Below, one piece after another: positions 1-8,334 of a stretch of DNA of 32,000 nt. Where the stretch lies: positions 5,670,001 through 5,702,000 of the forward strand of contig NC_009925.1 of NCBI RefSeq assembly GCF_000018105.1, read 5' to 3'. Made by a program: the position numbers and the translations under genes. This DNA comes from Acaryochloris marina MBIC11017 (GTDB lineage: Bacteria > Cyanobacteriota > Cyanobacteriia > Thermosynechococcales > Thermosynechococcaceae). Below the pieces are notes generated by a model, which searched no databases, was not told the DNA's origin, and saw nothing but the letters and a program-made list of their open reading frames with translations. How positions within the stretch are numbered: position 1 is the first letter of the stretch; each line of letters opens with the position of its first letter.

Positions 1-345
1 AGCGCACCAAGGTTGACCTTCTGCAGGAAATAAGACCACCACAACGGTCGTTCCCATGTCAGCCCGTTCTGGGAAGTCTTTTTGATTCTGAATAATATCT
101 TGATTCGCTTTCAGTAGTGCCTTTTTCAATAAATCCGGTGGATTAAGCTGGGCTTGCCAATTTTCCACCAAAAACTTCTGAATGGTTTCAGCGGCAATCC
201 GGCTCGCTTCTTCGCCACCTGCATGGCCCCCCATTCCATCCGCCACGATAAAAAATCGGCCTTCGGGTTCATCAATCCGGTAAGAGTCCTGGTTCGCCTT
301 ACGGACTAACCCTTGATCACTAAGGCCTGCAAACAGACGTTTCAT
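1..345 (-). CDS. PP2C-family Ser/Thr protein phosphatase; only the N-terminal 115 aa are present and the 3' end lies beyond the window edge
   Basis: Hand translation of the reverse strand from the ATG at 345-343 gives MKRLFAGLSDQGLVRKANQDSYRIDEPEGRFFIVADGMGGHAGGEEASRIAAETIQKF.... The DQG..R..NQD and ADGMGGH motifs are PP2C signatures. The frame stays open to position 1. It is absent from the ORF track because the window truncates it. Confidence 0.8.
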   Translation of the reverse strand, partial: MKRLFAGLSDQGLVRKANQDSYRIDEPEGRFFIVADGMGGHAGGEEASRIAAETIQKFLVENWQAQLNPPDLLKKALLKANQDIIQNQKDFPERADMGTTVVVVLFPAEGQPWCA

Positions 346-476
346 ATTAGTTTCAACGATTCTATAATTCCTCTACTGTGATTACCATCTGCGTCAATTT
401 AGGAAGATGATATAAAGCCTCAGACATTCAAATAGTGTAGCGAAAAAAGCACCTTTCCTGATTTGCCTCTAAAATG

Positions 477-2207
477 CTACAACATTCGTTCAAAACTGTC
501 ATAACGTTTCATTCTTAATAACAGCCGCAAGAAGACAATAGCAGCGACACTGGCAGCTAGAGCTGCAATCGCAGCCAGCCACACATACTTATTAACCAGC
601 AGAATCGTTGCAGAGAGTGTAAAAGCACCAATCAGCAAAGCATAGTTGGTTCCCATATGGGTTAAATTAAGCCGCCGCAAAATCCGGTCTGTTTCCACTG
701 AGCGCACTCGCATTCGGAGATCACCCTGCTCTAGCTTGTCCAGGGTATCTTCCATCCGTCGGGGTAGGCCCAAGGCAGTATTACTAACCTGGGCAGCCTG
801 CCGCCCCAACTCTCCCAACAGATCACCATTTTGATTATTTGAAAATCCACCGTTGGTCATAAGTTCTGCTGCAAAGGGTTCTGCAACCTCCATAAAGTTA
901 AACGTAGGATCTAAACCTCGCCCCACCCCTTCTAAAGTGGAAAAGGCCCGCATGACAAATGTAAACGTTGCGGGGAAACGAAAGGGTTGATCATAAGCAA
1001 TCTCAAATAGATCATCGCCAATTTGAGCAACAGACTGTTTATCAAACGGCTGCCCCATAAAATTATCCAACATATATTGGATCGAGCGTCGGATCGGACC
1101 CATATCATCTACAGGTAATAGTGCCCCTAAATCGATCAAAGAAGCAATCACTTTATTGGCATCTTTTTGAGCAAACCCGAAAAACGTCTTTAGCAGCTTC
1201 TCTCGGGTCAGCGTCGTAATCTGGCCCATCATGCCAAAATCATAGAAGATCAGCTTTCCATCCGAACTCACAGCTAAGTTGCCAGGATGTGGATCCGCAT
1301 GGAAAAAACCATCCGTCAATAACTGATAAAGATAGGCTTTAGCACTCAGTTGGGCAATTCGCTTCCGATCGATACCAGCTGCATCAATGGCATCATAATT
1401 ACTAATTTTGAGACCTGGAACATACTCTAGGGTCAGCACTCGGGGCGTTGCATATCGCCAAAAGACTCGGGGCACATACACCCATTCTTGTTCCCGGAAA
1501 TTGCGCCGAAACTGATCGGCATTGCGGCCTTCATTTAAATAGTCAATTTCTTCATAGAGGATTTTGCAGCATTCTTCGTAGATGCCCAGCCAGTCTCTCC
1601 CAGGCCCCCACTTGGGGTGGTTTTGAAAATAATGGGCAATGCCTTTTAAAATTCTCAAGTCAATATCAAACAGCTTTTTGAGACCCGGACGCTGAATTTT
1701 GACAACAACTTCTTCCCCAGACTGCAGTTGAGCACGGTGAACTTGACCTAAGCTCGCCGCAGCTAGAGGAACGGGATCAAAACTGCAAAATAACTCTGGA
1801 ATAGTGCGGCCAAAGTCCTTCTCAATAATTCGTTCTACAATCTCATAGCTAAAGGCAGGCACACGATCCTGGAGCTTGGACAGCTCTTCGACATACTCCG
1901 CTGGGAATAAATCCGCACGGGTTGAGAACAATTGTCCAACTTTAATAAAGGTGGGTCCTAGATCGAGTAAGGTCTCTCGGATCCAGACGGCTTGCTTGCG
2001 TCGTCGGGTCGCTCGCTTGTCTTCCGTCATCCCTCCGGCATAACTCCAAGACTTACTCAACCACCACCTAGAGCTAAGCAGCTGCAGCACAAAGGCCCAA
2101 ATATCCAGGAAACGACGTTGCCGAGAATAGCTTTCTCGATTCCAGCGATAGGCTTTGCGATTTTGTTTTGGGAAGGTCAACTCAGAGGATGAAACTGACA
2201 CAGGCAC
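477..2207 (-). CDS. ABC1/UbiB (AarF) family atypical protein kinase with C-terminal transmembrane helices
   Basis: 576-aa ORF. It contains LGPTFIKVGQLFSTRADLFP, AAASLGQVHRA, VVVKIQRPG and FHADPHPGNL motifs typical of ABC1 kinases, plus a hydrophobic C-terminus. The start is a GTG that overlaps the upstream stop codon by 1 nt. Confidence 0.9.
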   Translation of the reverse strand: MPVSVSSSELTFPKQNRKAYRWNRESYSRQRRFLDIWAFVLQLLSSRWWLSKSWSYAGGMTEDKRATRRRKQAVWIRETLLDLGPTFIKVGQLFSTRADLFPAEYVEELSKLQDRVPAFSYEIVERIIEKDFGRTIPELFCSFDPVPLAAASLGQVHRAQLQSGEEVVVKIQRPGLKKLFDIDLRILKGIAHYFQNHPKWGPGRDWLGIYEECCKILYEEIDYLNEGRNADQFRRNFREQEWVYVPRVFWRYATPRVLTLEYVPGLKISNYDAIDAAGIDRKRIAQLSAKAYLYQLLTDGFFHADPHPGNLAVSSDGKLIFYDFGMMGQITTLTREKLLKTFFGFAQKDANKVIASLIDLGALLPVDDMGPIRRSIQYMLDNFMGQPFDKQSVAQIGDDLFEIAYDQPFRFPATFTFVMRAFSTLEGVGRGLDPTFNFMEVAEPFAAELMTNGGFSNNQNGDLLGELGRQAAQVSNTALGLPRRMEDTLDKLEQGDLRMRVRSVETDRILRRLNLTHMGTNYALLIGAFTLSATILLVNKYVWLAAIAALAASVAAIVFLRLLLRMKRYDSFERML

Positions 2208-2524
2208 TAACCAGAATGGCTGCGGTAGTTTTGCAGAGCTGAACGGAGCTGGGCAATTTCTGCCCGCAACTCATCAATGGTCTCTTGTAAATCACCAGAA
2301 TTAGCAGAACCGGAAGCCGACGAGTAGCTTTGAGGATTGCGAGCTGCTTCTGAGTCAGCTCTTTCCCTGACCTGATCGGTGAAATGACGGATTTTTTCCC
2401 GTTGTTCAGCATCAAACTTTCCCACATTGCTGAGGGTATCTGTTAGTTGATGCTCTAGCTCTTCATATAAAACTTCAGCAGTAGCTCTACCCAAGAAAAA
2501 TGCGCGGATTAAAGGGTTGGTCAT
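2207..2524 (-). CDS. Conserved hypothetical helical protein, 105 aa, translationally coupled to the ABC1 kinase
   Basis: Complete ORF with an ATG start. It is predicted to be amphipathic and helical (EELEHQLTDTLSNVGKFDAEQREKIRHFTDQVRE). Its TAG stop shares one nucleotide with the GTG start of the kinase gene (TAGTG on the coding strand). I recognise no family. Confidence 0.6.
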   Translation of the reverse strand: MTNPLIRAFFLGRATAEVLYEELEHQLTDTLSNVGKFDAEQREKIRHFTDQVRERADSEAARNPQSYSSASGSANSGDLQETIDELRAEIAQLRSALQNYRSHSG

Positions 2525-2864
2525 GGGATAGTTACATTACGATGGCTTCGCAAAAATTATAACTTGCCTCTTTGCACTCCTGCTCTAACTTGAACCCATA
2601 GAATCATCCTGCTATAGATGAATTCAGGCTAACGCTAGGGAGGTACACCCTCAACCGTCAAGACTATCCGAAAGAAAAAATATGGAAAACCTTTTGAATT
2701 GATGACAAGGTAGGGGTTACTCCTAATAGGTTTCAAAGTTAAAATAAAGTTGTAAATCAATACCTTGTCGAATACCATGCAGATTCAAGCGAACACTGCA
2801 GAATTCCTGCAGATGTTTTAAAATTCTGCTGTTGTTATTCAATCCCTACTTGAGCTAAACGACA

Positions 2865-3146
2865 ATGTCTGTTGAAACACTTGAAAAACGCTCTACAAGC
2901 CGAAAACTGGCACCAAAGTACCGTGTTTTGCTCCATAACGACGATTTCAACTCGATGGAACATGTCGTCCAAGTGCTTATACAAACCGTCCCCAATTTAA
3001 CCCAGCCCCAAGCGGTCAGCGTGATGATGGAAGCTCATACCAATGGCATTGCCCTCGTGATTACCTGCGCTTTTGAACATGCGGAGTTCTACTGTGAAAC
3101 GCTTAAAATGCATGGTTTAACGAGCACTATAGAACCGGACGAGTAA
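2865..3146 (+). CDS. clpS: ATP-dependent Clp protease adaptor ClpS
   Basis: 93 aa. YRVLLHNDDFNSMEHVVQVL...MMEAHTNGIALVITCAFEHAEFYCETL matches the ClpS core pattern. Confidence 0.92.
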   Translation: MSVETLEKRSTSRKLAPKYRVLLHNDDFNSMEHVVQVLIQTVPNLTQPQAVSVMMEAHTNGIALVITCAFEHAEFYCETLKMHGLTSTIEPDE

Positions 3147-3162
3147 GCAAATTTTAGGACGG

Positions 3163-3197
3163 TAACTAGGGCAAAGCTGATGTCTCAGCCCTAGTTA
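3163..3197. terminator. Perfect 10-bp hairpin between convergent clpS and a lipoprotein gene; possible bidirectional terminator
   Basis: TAACTAGGGC (3163-3172) pairs perfectly with GCCCTAGTTA (3188-3197) around a 15-nt loop. The stem extends by G-C and G-T pairs at 3161/3199. There is no clear U-tract. Confidence 0.4.
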
Positions 3198-3296
3198 TCA
3201 TCGCAACACAAAATTTTCTATCCCGGCCAATGGAGTGCTGTCTTCATCCGTGGTGCAACATCCAATTAGAAGGTGACATTTGTTGGTATTACCAGT

Positions 3297-3674
3297 CTAT
3301 TCACCACTAACCAAATACCAACGCCCCTCTTTCCTAACGAGAAAAACTTTCCCATCCTCTTTGCCGTCTTCGTTGTTAAGACTCACCGTTGCTTTGTCGC
3401 CATTGATTTGCGACTGAGCCAAGCTTCCTTTAGAAATATCTGCTGAAAAGCGCTCCTGTGCTTCCTTTTCTGCATCCGCTAGATCGCATATTTTTTGGAT
3501 TCCTTGGTCGGCCTCTGGAGCACATAACCCTCTTAATTCTTCATAGTTTTTGGAGGTTGCAACATCAAAAACTTTTTGAACAACCCTTTCAGGGGTTGAG
3601 TGCACCCCATGATCTGCACAGGCCGTTATCAGTAAAACTCCCAATAGCGAACCTAGACGCTGCATAGCCACCAT
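3297..3674 (-). CDS. Small lipoprotein, 125 aa (paralog A)
   Basis: Signal peptide ending in the lipobox ITAC. It shares STP..V.Q..FD.A..K......LCAP and a C-terminal G.WYL motif with the adjacent ORF. Confidence 0.65.
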   Translation of the reverse strand: MVAMQRLGSLLGVLLITACADHGVHSTPERVVQKVFDVATSKNYEELRGLCAPEADQGIQKICDLADAEKEAQERFSADISKGSLAQSQINGDKATVSLNNEDGKEDGKVFLVRKEGRWYLVSGE

Positions 3675-3773
3675 CCCTCATACGTCATCGATCTCCAGCC
3701 CATCAGTTTCAAATCTGGTTCCACTAATATTCCGGGCAGAACTCAAACTTAATCCGTCCAACAAGGCTCAATA

Positions 3774-4151
3774 CTACTCTTGGAAACGCTGCAAATACCA
3801 ATTGCCATTTTCCTGAATGAGTTCGAATTTAAGGGAGTTTTGTTGGTTAGGACTCATTACGGCTTTTACAGTTGCTGTATAACCGCTAAATTCTGTACTT
3901 CCTCTTATTTGTGCAGTCAAGAAGCGATCAACAAACTTTTCTTTTTGGTCAGGCTGAGCTTCAGAAATTTCGCAGATAATGTTAGCCGTGGTTTCTGCCT
4001 GGGGGGCACACAAACGACTCAATTGGCTTAGGTCTTTCGTTTTCGCTGAATCAAAAATTCTTTGAATCACACCTTTAGGTGTGGATTGAGTACTACCTTG
4101 ACATGCGGTAATACTCAGTAGTGAAGCGAATAAGATGAGCTTTCTCAGCAT
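3774..4151 (-). CDS. Small lipoprotein, 125 aa (paralog B)
   Basis: Signal peptide with the lipobox ITAC. It has the same length and the same conserved blocks as the ORF at 3297-3674 (STPKGVIQRIFDSAKTK...LCAP...NGNWYL). Confidence 0.65.
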   Translation of the reverse strand: MLRKLILFASLLSITACQGSTQSTPKGVIQRIFDSAKTKDLSQLSRLCAPQAETTANIICEISEAQPDQKEKFVDRFLTAQIRGSTEFSGYTATVKAVMSPNQQNSLKFELIQENGNWYLQRFQE

Positions 4152-4297
4152 GAGATAGAGGCTCGAAAAAGGGGCAAAAGTGGCTTATGTGGCAGATTAT
4201 ACACAAAATCAGATTTCGAGACCTAAACGTAAAACCTAGTTTTATGAAGTACTAATAATTATTATCAAACTGGGTATCGTTCATAGGTTCACTGGCC

Positions 4298-5629
4298 CTA
4301 TCCCTGGCGCAAAATAGCCATGAAAAATCCATCCATGTTTTGCTGATGAGGCAATATCTTGACGCTGCTTTGTGGGCCTGAAGTGGGCACCCATTCTGCT
4401 ATAGGCTGTTGGGTTTGCCATTGAGGCATCTGTGCCAGAAATTGGTCAATAATATTCTCATTCTCTAGAGGATGGAGCGTGCAGGTGGAATAGAGGAGTA
4501 TCCCCCCAGGTTTTACTCTACGGGCACTATTCAGGAGTAGATCGAGCTGAAGGGTTGATAAGTCTTGAATATTGTCTGGAGTTTGCTGCCAACGGGCATC
4601 GGCGTGACGATGTAAGGTCCCTAAGCCAGAACAGGGGGCGTCTACCAATACATAGTCAGCCAGAGGAATATGGTTGGAGAGTTGCCGACTATCCCCAGTC
4701 CAGATGGTGACGGTATCGATCCCTAAACGTTGGGTGTTTTGATTCAACTTGCGTAAGCGAGACGGGGTGCGATCGCACGCCCAAACCTCCCCCTGATTCT
4801 CCATTAGCTCCGCTATATGAGTGGTTTTCCCGCCCGGTGCGGCACAGACATCCAGGGCAATGGCTCCGGGTTGAGGATTCAGCAAATGTCCGACAAGCTG
4901 GGCGCTCGCCTCTTGCACAGTCCACAATCCCTCCTGAAAACCAGGCAACTGGGGAATGGGACCGGATTTACCTTCGATTCTGAGGGCTTGGGGTAAATGG
5001 GGGAGGGGCGTTGTGGTGACTCCTGCTGATGCAAGTTGCGATCGCACCGACTCCCGATCCGTCTTTAAGGAATTAATTCGTAAATCGATATGGGGAGGCT
5101 GGTTGCAGTAATCACATAGTTTTTCCGTCTCTTCCGAGCCAAGTTGATCATGCCAGACTTGAACAATCCAATCTGGATAACTATACAGAATCCCTAGGTG
5201 CTGAATCGGATCAGGGGGTAACTCTAGGGGGTCATTCAAGTTGGCGGCTGCCCGTGCATATTGCCGAAGCAATCCGTTGACGAACCCCGACAAACCCGAC
5301 AGTTGATTCTGTTTCGCTAGCTCCACGGTGGTGAAAATAGCGGCAGCATCAGGAATATGGTCTAGGAAGCGCAGTTGATAAAGTCCCAAATGCAATAAGG
5401 TGCGTAAATCAGGCGGCTGCTGATGGGCAGGCTTTTTGGCAAATTGGTCAATCAGCGCATCCAGAGTCCTTTGGCGACGAACACTGCCGTAAAGTAGCTC
5501 AGTTAATAGGCGGCGATCGGCATCGGCTATCGTTTTTGGCATCACCCGACTAAGGGCAACGTCTGCATAGGCTCCTCGATGGACTGCTTTGAGGCCCCGA
5601 TAAGCCAGTTGTCGAGGATTGGGGGTCAT
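4298..5629 (-). CDS. rsmB: 16S rRNA (cytosine967-C5)-methyltransferase RsmB/Sun
   Basis: 443 aa. It has a NusB-like N-terminus, a SAM-binding motif (LDVCAAPGGKT), and the catalytic motifs VDAPCSGLGT and LLYSTCTL. Confidence 0.9.
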   Translation of the reverse strand: MTPNPRQLAYRGLKAVHRGAYADVALSRVMPKTIADADRRLLTELLYGSVRRQRTLDALIDQFAKKPAHQQPPDLRTLLHLGLYQLRFLDHIPDAAAIFTTVELAKQNQLSGLSGFVNGLLRQYARAAANLNDPLELPPDPIQHLGILYSYPDWIVQVWHDQLGSEETEKLCDYCNQPPHIDLRINSLKTDRESVRSQLASAGVTTTPLPHLPQALRIEGKSGPIPQLPGFQEGLWTVQEASAQLVGHLLNPQPGAIALDVCAAPGGKTTHIAELMENQGEVWACDRTPSRLRKLNQNTQRLGIDTVTIWTGDSRQLSNHIPLADYVLVDAPCSGLGTLHRHADARWQQTPDNIQDLSTLQLDLLLNSARRVKPGGILLYSTCTLHPLENENIIDQFLAQMPQWQTQQPIAEWVPTSGPQSSVKILPHQQNMDGFFMAILRQG

Positions 5630-5781
5630 TCAGTACTGGTTCAGCAACTGGCCTCATTGTATAAGGACTCAGGTTCATGCACGGCTAGACCGTTAATCCC
5701 CCCATGTTCTGAAGCATATCTGCGACTCAACCATTTCAACGTCCTTGCTGGAGGCAATGAGCTATCAGGAGCCTAGAGACG

Positions 5782-6069
5782 ATGAAAACTCAGCTATCTG
5801 TAACAGAAACTACCCAGACTAGTCCCATTGAACAGCACCTTACGCTGCGTAACGGTTCTTGGGAGACTTATGAGGAATTACTGGATGCTTTTGGCGAACA
5901 TCGAGCCGTTCGGCTTCATTATGACAAAGGAGTTCTTGACTTCATGGTTAAGAGCTATCTATTGCAGCTCAAGGGATGGCAAACAGCAACACCACATTGT
6001 GAAATGAATATTGCAAGAGGTCTAGTGAATACCGGATCAACTGGGGGCCAGGATACCGTATCTACCTGA
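5782..6069 (+). pseudogene. Chimeric ORF: N-terminal roughly 55 aa of a Uma2-family (DUF820) endonuclease, followed by unrelated read-through
   Basis: LTLRNGSWETYEELLDAFGEHRAVRLHYDKGVLDFM matches the N-terminal pattern of cyanobacterial Uma2 proteins, which are normally about 190 aa. Similarity stops near 5946. The remainder reads into a toxin remnant in another frame. Confidence 0.5.
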
Positions 6070-6194
6070 TCCAAGATGGCAAGGAATTGATTGTTTTATT
6101 GGGGGGAGGAACGAAGAAGGATCAACAGTCGGATATCACCAAGGCTAAGGAGTTTCTCAAGAATATAAAAATCGGAAGAAGCAAGCGAATATAG
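6003..6194 (+). pseudogene. 5'-truncated addiction-module killer protein (HI1419/HigB-like, RelE superfamily) without a start codon
   Basis: Hand translation of the frame starting at 6003 gives NEYCKRSSEYRINWGPGYRIYLIQDGKELIVLLGGGTKKDQQSDITKAKEFLKNIKIGRSKRI*. GPGYRIY...LLGGG.K..Q..DI..A is the C-terminal signature of this toxin family. An in-frame TGA sits at 6000-6002. There is no ATG/GTG/TTG start, and roughly 35-40 N-terminal residues are missing. Confidence 0.6.
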
Positions 6195-6243
6195 ATTCTC
6201 AAAAGAAGAAACAACGGCGAAAGCGTAAAAAGAAGTAAACATC

Positions 6244-6570
6244 ATGGCATTGACGAGAGATTTCAAAGAGACCATCCACTCCCGAGTGCAGTCGGATCCT
6301 GAGTTTGCAACTGCTTTATTGGATGAAGCTGCATACCTCATGCTTAATGGTGAGCCGGAAACAGCCCGATTAATATTGAGGGATTTAGTCAATGCAACGG
6401 TTGGCTTTGAACAACTCGCTGTTGAAGCGAATAAGCCCAGTAAGAGTCTTCATCGAATGCTATCTGCGAAAGGGAATCCAACGATGGATAGTCTGAACGC
6501 AATTTTTAGTGCACTGCGTAAGAAGTTAAATGTGGATATTCAAGTTCATGCAGTTTCTACTTCAGGATAG
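6244..6570 (+). CDS. Addiction-module antidote protein (HI1420/HigA-like HTH antitoxin)
   Basis: 108 aa. DPEFATALLDEA......GEPETARLILRDLVNA...SLHRMLSAKGNPTMDSLNAIFSAL matches the pattern of the antitoxins that follow HI1419-type toxins. It lies 50 nt downstream of the toxin remnant. Confidence 0.8.
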   Translation: MALTRDFKETIHSRVQSDPEFATALLDEAAYLMLNGEPETARLILRDLVNATVGFEQLAVEANKPSKSLHRMLSAKGNPTMDSLNAIFSALRKKLNVDIQVHAVSTSG

Positions 6571-6741
6571 ATTTTCAGTTGAAACCAAAGTGGAAGTTTT
6601 CAGAGGACTCCACATTAAACATCGATTGGCCAAATCGTATTGTCTGAAAGGATTACTCTTAACTTAATAAAAAGGTGTGATCCTTAATACAAATGTGCTA
6701 GGGAATAGGATAAGTTTCTAGTTTTTCCAGAATTGTCATCC

Positions 6742-7866
6742 ATGAAATTTATCCATCCACTCGCTCCGATTATTGTCACTGCAATGATTGCTGCTCCCTT
6801 TCAGAGTGCCCAGGCATTGAGTTCAGCGGAAGTGAGTGAGATCGCAGAAGCCATCACCGTCCGGATCGATGGTCAAAATTCTGGTTCGGGAGTGATTATC
6901 AAGCGCCAGAATGACGTTTATACAGTGCTGACTGCGGCCCATGTGGTAGCTACAGCGGATGAATATGATGTGGTGACAGCTGACGACTTACGATATCCAT
7001 TGACCTATAGCAAGGTTAAAAAATTTCCTGGGATTGATTTGGCATTGGTTGAATTTACCAGTTCAAAATCCTATCAGGTGGCAAAACTGGGTGACTCGTC
7101 GAATGTACGAGCCGGAGAGTCCATTTATGTCTCTGGATTCCCCATGCCCACAGCTGCTATCACTGAGCCCATTTGGAATTTTTCTGAGGGGAAAGTGACG
7201 GCGAATGCCAAGCGCCCTTTGGCCGATGGCTATGGATTGGTTTATAGCAATAACACCTTGCCGGGGATGAGTGGTGGATCTGTTTTAGATCGCCAAGGCC
7301 AACTGATTGGGATTCATGGTCGGGCAGACGGGGAAAGGCAAGTTAAACGAACGGAAACGGTGTATGTGAAGACCGGCTTTAATTTGGGCATTCCCATCAA
7401 TACTTTTTTAAGTTCGGTGGGCACGGTTCATCCGGCTTTGGGATTCTCTGGAACAGTGGCAACAGGTGGCGCTGAATTGACCCCGGATGATCTTTATGTG
7501 CAGGGGACCGATAAATTCCAGCGGGGAAACTACCAGGGTGCGATCGCAGATCTAAACCAATCCATTGATCTCAATCCCCAGAACGCCTTTGCCTACAACA
7601 GTCGCGGCAATGCCTACTACGAATTGCAGCAATACGAAGATGCGATCGCTCAGTACGACCAAGCCATTGCTCTTAACCCTGACTATGCCGAAGCTTATTT
7701 CAATCGAGGGCTTGCCCATCAGCTCATGGGGAATAACGCTCAAGCCCAGCAAGATCATCTGAAATCAAAGCAGCTCTTAGGGGGGCAGGTCGACTCACTG
7801 CAAAATAAAGCCGATCGCATTCAGCAATTGTTAGATCAGAAACTCAAACCCTTTGAGCGGCGATAG
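6742..7866 (+). CDS. Secreted trypsin-like (S1) serine protease with C-terminal TPR repeats
   Basis: Signal peptide MKFIHPLAPIIVTAMIAAPFQSAQA. The catalytic triad contexts are LTAAHVV, IDLALVEF and GMSGGSV. Three TPR units are present (AFAYNSRGNAYYELQQYEDAIAQYDQAIALNPDYAEAYFNRG...). The ORF track starts at a TTG at 6733; I prefer the ATG at 6742. Confidence 0.85.
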   Translation: MKFIHPLAPIIVTAMIAAPFQSAQALSSAEVSEIAEAITVRIDGQNSGSGVIIKRQNDVYTVLTAAHVVATADEYDVVTADDLRYPLTYSKVKKFPGIDLALVEFTSSKSYQVAKLGDSSNVRAGESIYVSGFPMPTAAITEPIWNFSEGKVTANAKRPLADGYGLVYSNNTLPGMSGGSVLDRQGQLIGIHGRADGERQVKRTETVYVKTGFNLGIPINTFLSSVGTVHPALGFSGTVATGGAELTPDDLYVQGTDKFQRGNYQGAIADLNQSIDLNPQNAFAYNSRGNAYYELQQYEDAIAQYDQAIALNPDYAEAYFNRGLAHQLMGNNAQAQQDHLKSKQLLGGQVDSLQNKADRIQQLLDQKLKPFERR

Positions 7867-7996
7867 TTTTTGCAAGTTGCTTCCTATTCATAAAGAAACA
7901 GAGGGTCTTTAAAACCAGGGGCTATCCTAGAAAAGATAATCAAGTGAATTCAAAAGTTCACGCTATCCACCCCTAAAACTGGGGGTACCCTAAGCT

Positions 7997-8326
7997 ATGG
8001 CAGACCAAATTGCAACTGTAGACGTAGAATCCCTCGCCGCAGATATTGGCGAAAAAATCTACATTGATGTGGCCAAATGGCACCTCTTTTTGAGTGATGC
8101 CCATCTGCATCAGTCTTTGGCAGAGCAATTTTGTAACCTTTTAGAAAACGGATTATTGGAGGAACCTCAGATCCTGCAAGTGTTGTCAGATGTTTCTGTG
8201 CCCCTGGGGGGTGGTAAACGGAAATTACCATTGATTGATCTAGTGCCTGCTGTAGGTCAACAAGATCTGATGGATATTCTGACGAACTTCCGTCATCGTC
8301 TTGAAGAGTCTGGATATAGTTTTTAA
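7997..8326 (+). CDS. Conserved cyanobacterial hypothetical protein, 109 aa (possibly DUF3181-like; family name from memory only)
   Basis: Complete ORF with an ATG start. It is followed 8 nt later by the next gene. An antisense ORF of similar length (7995-8342) is judged to be the shadow frame. Confidence 0.55.
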   Translation: MADQIATVDVESLAADIGEKIYIDVAKWHLFLSDAHLHQSLAEQFCNLLENGLLEEPQILQVLSDVSVPLGGGKRKLPLIDLVPAVGQQDLMDILTNFRHRLEESGYSF

Positions 8327-8334
8327 CGTCTGAA

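Noticed and set aside
2796-2812. CTGCAG-AATTC-CTGCAG (a PstI-EcoRI-PstI-like string), as a possible cloning artefact
   Set aside because: The flanking sequence is continuous native-looking intergenic DNA with no vector-like polylinker context. I interpret it as a natural short repeat.
6096-6392. 98-aa minus-strand ORF overlapping the toxin remnant and the antitoxin start
   Set aside because: I recognise no motifs in it. It overlaps two plus-strand sequences with clear family signatures, so it is most likely a shadow frame.
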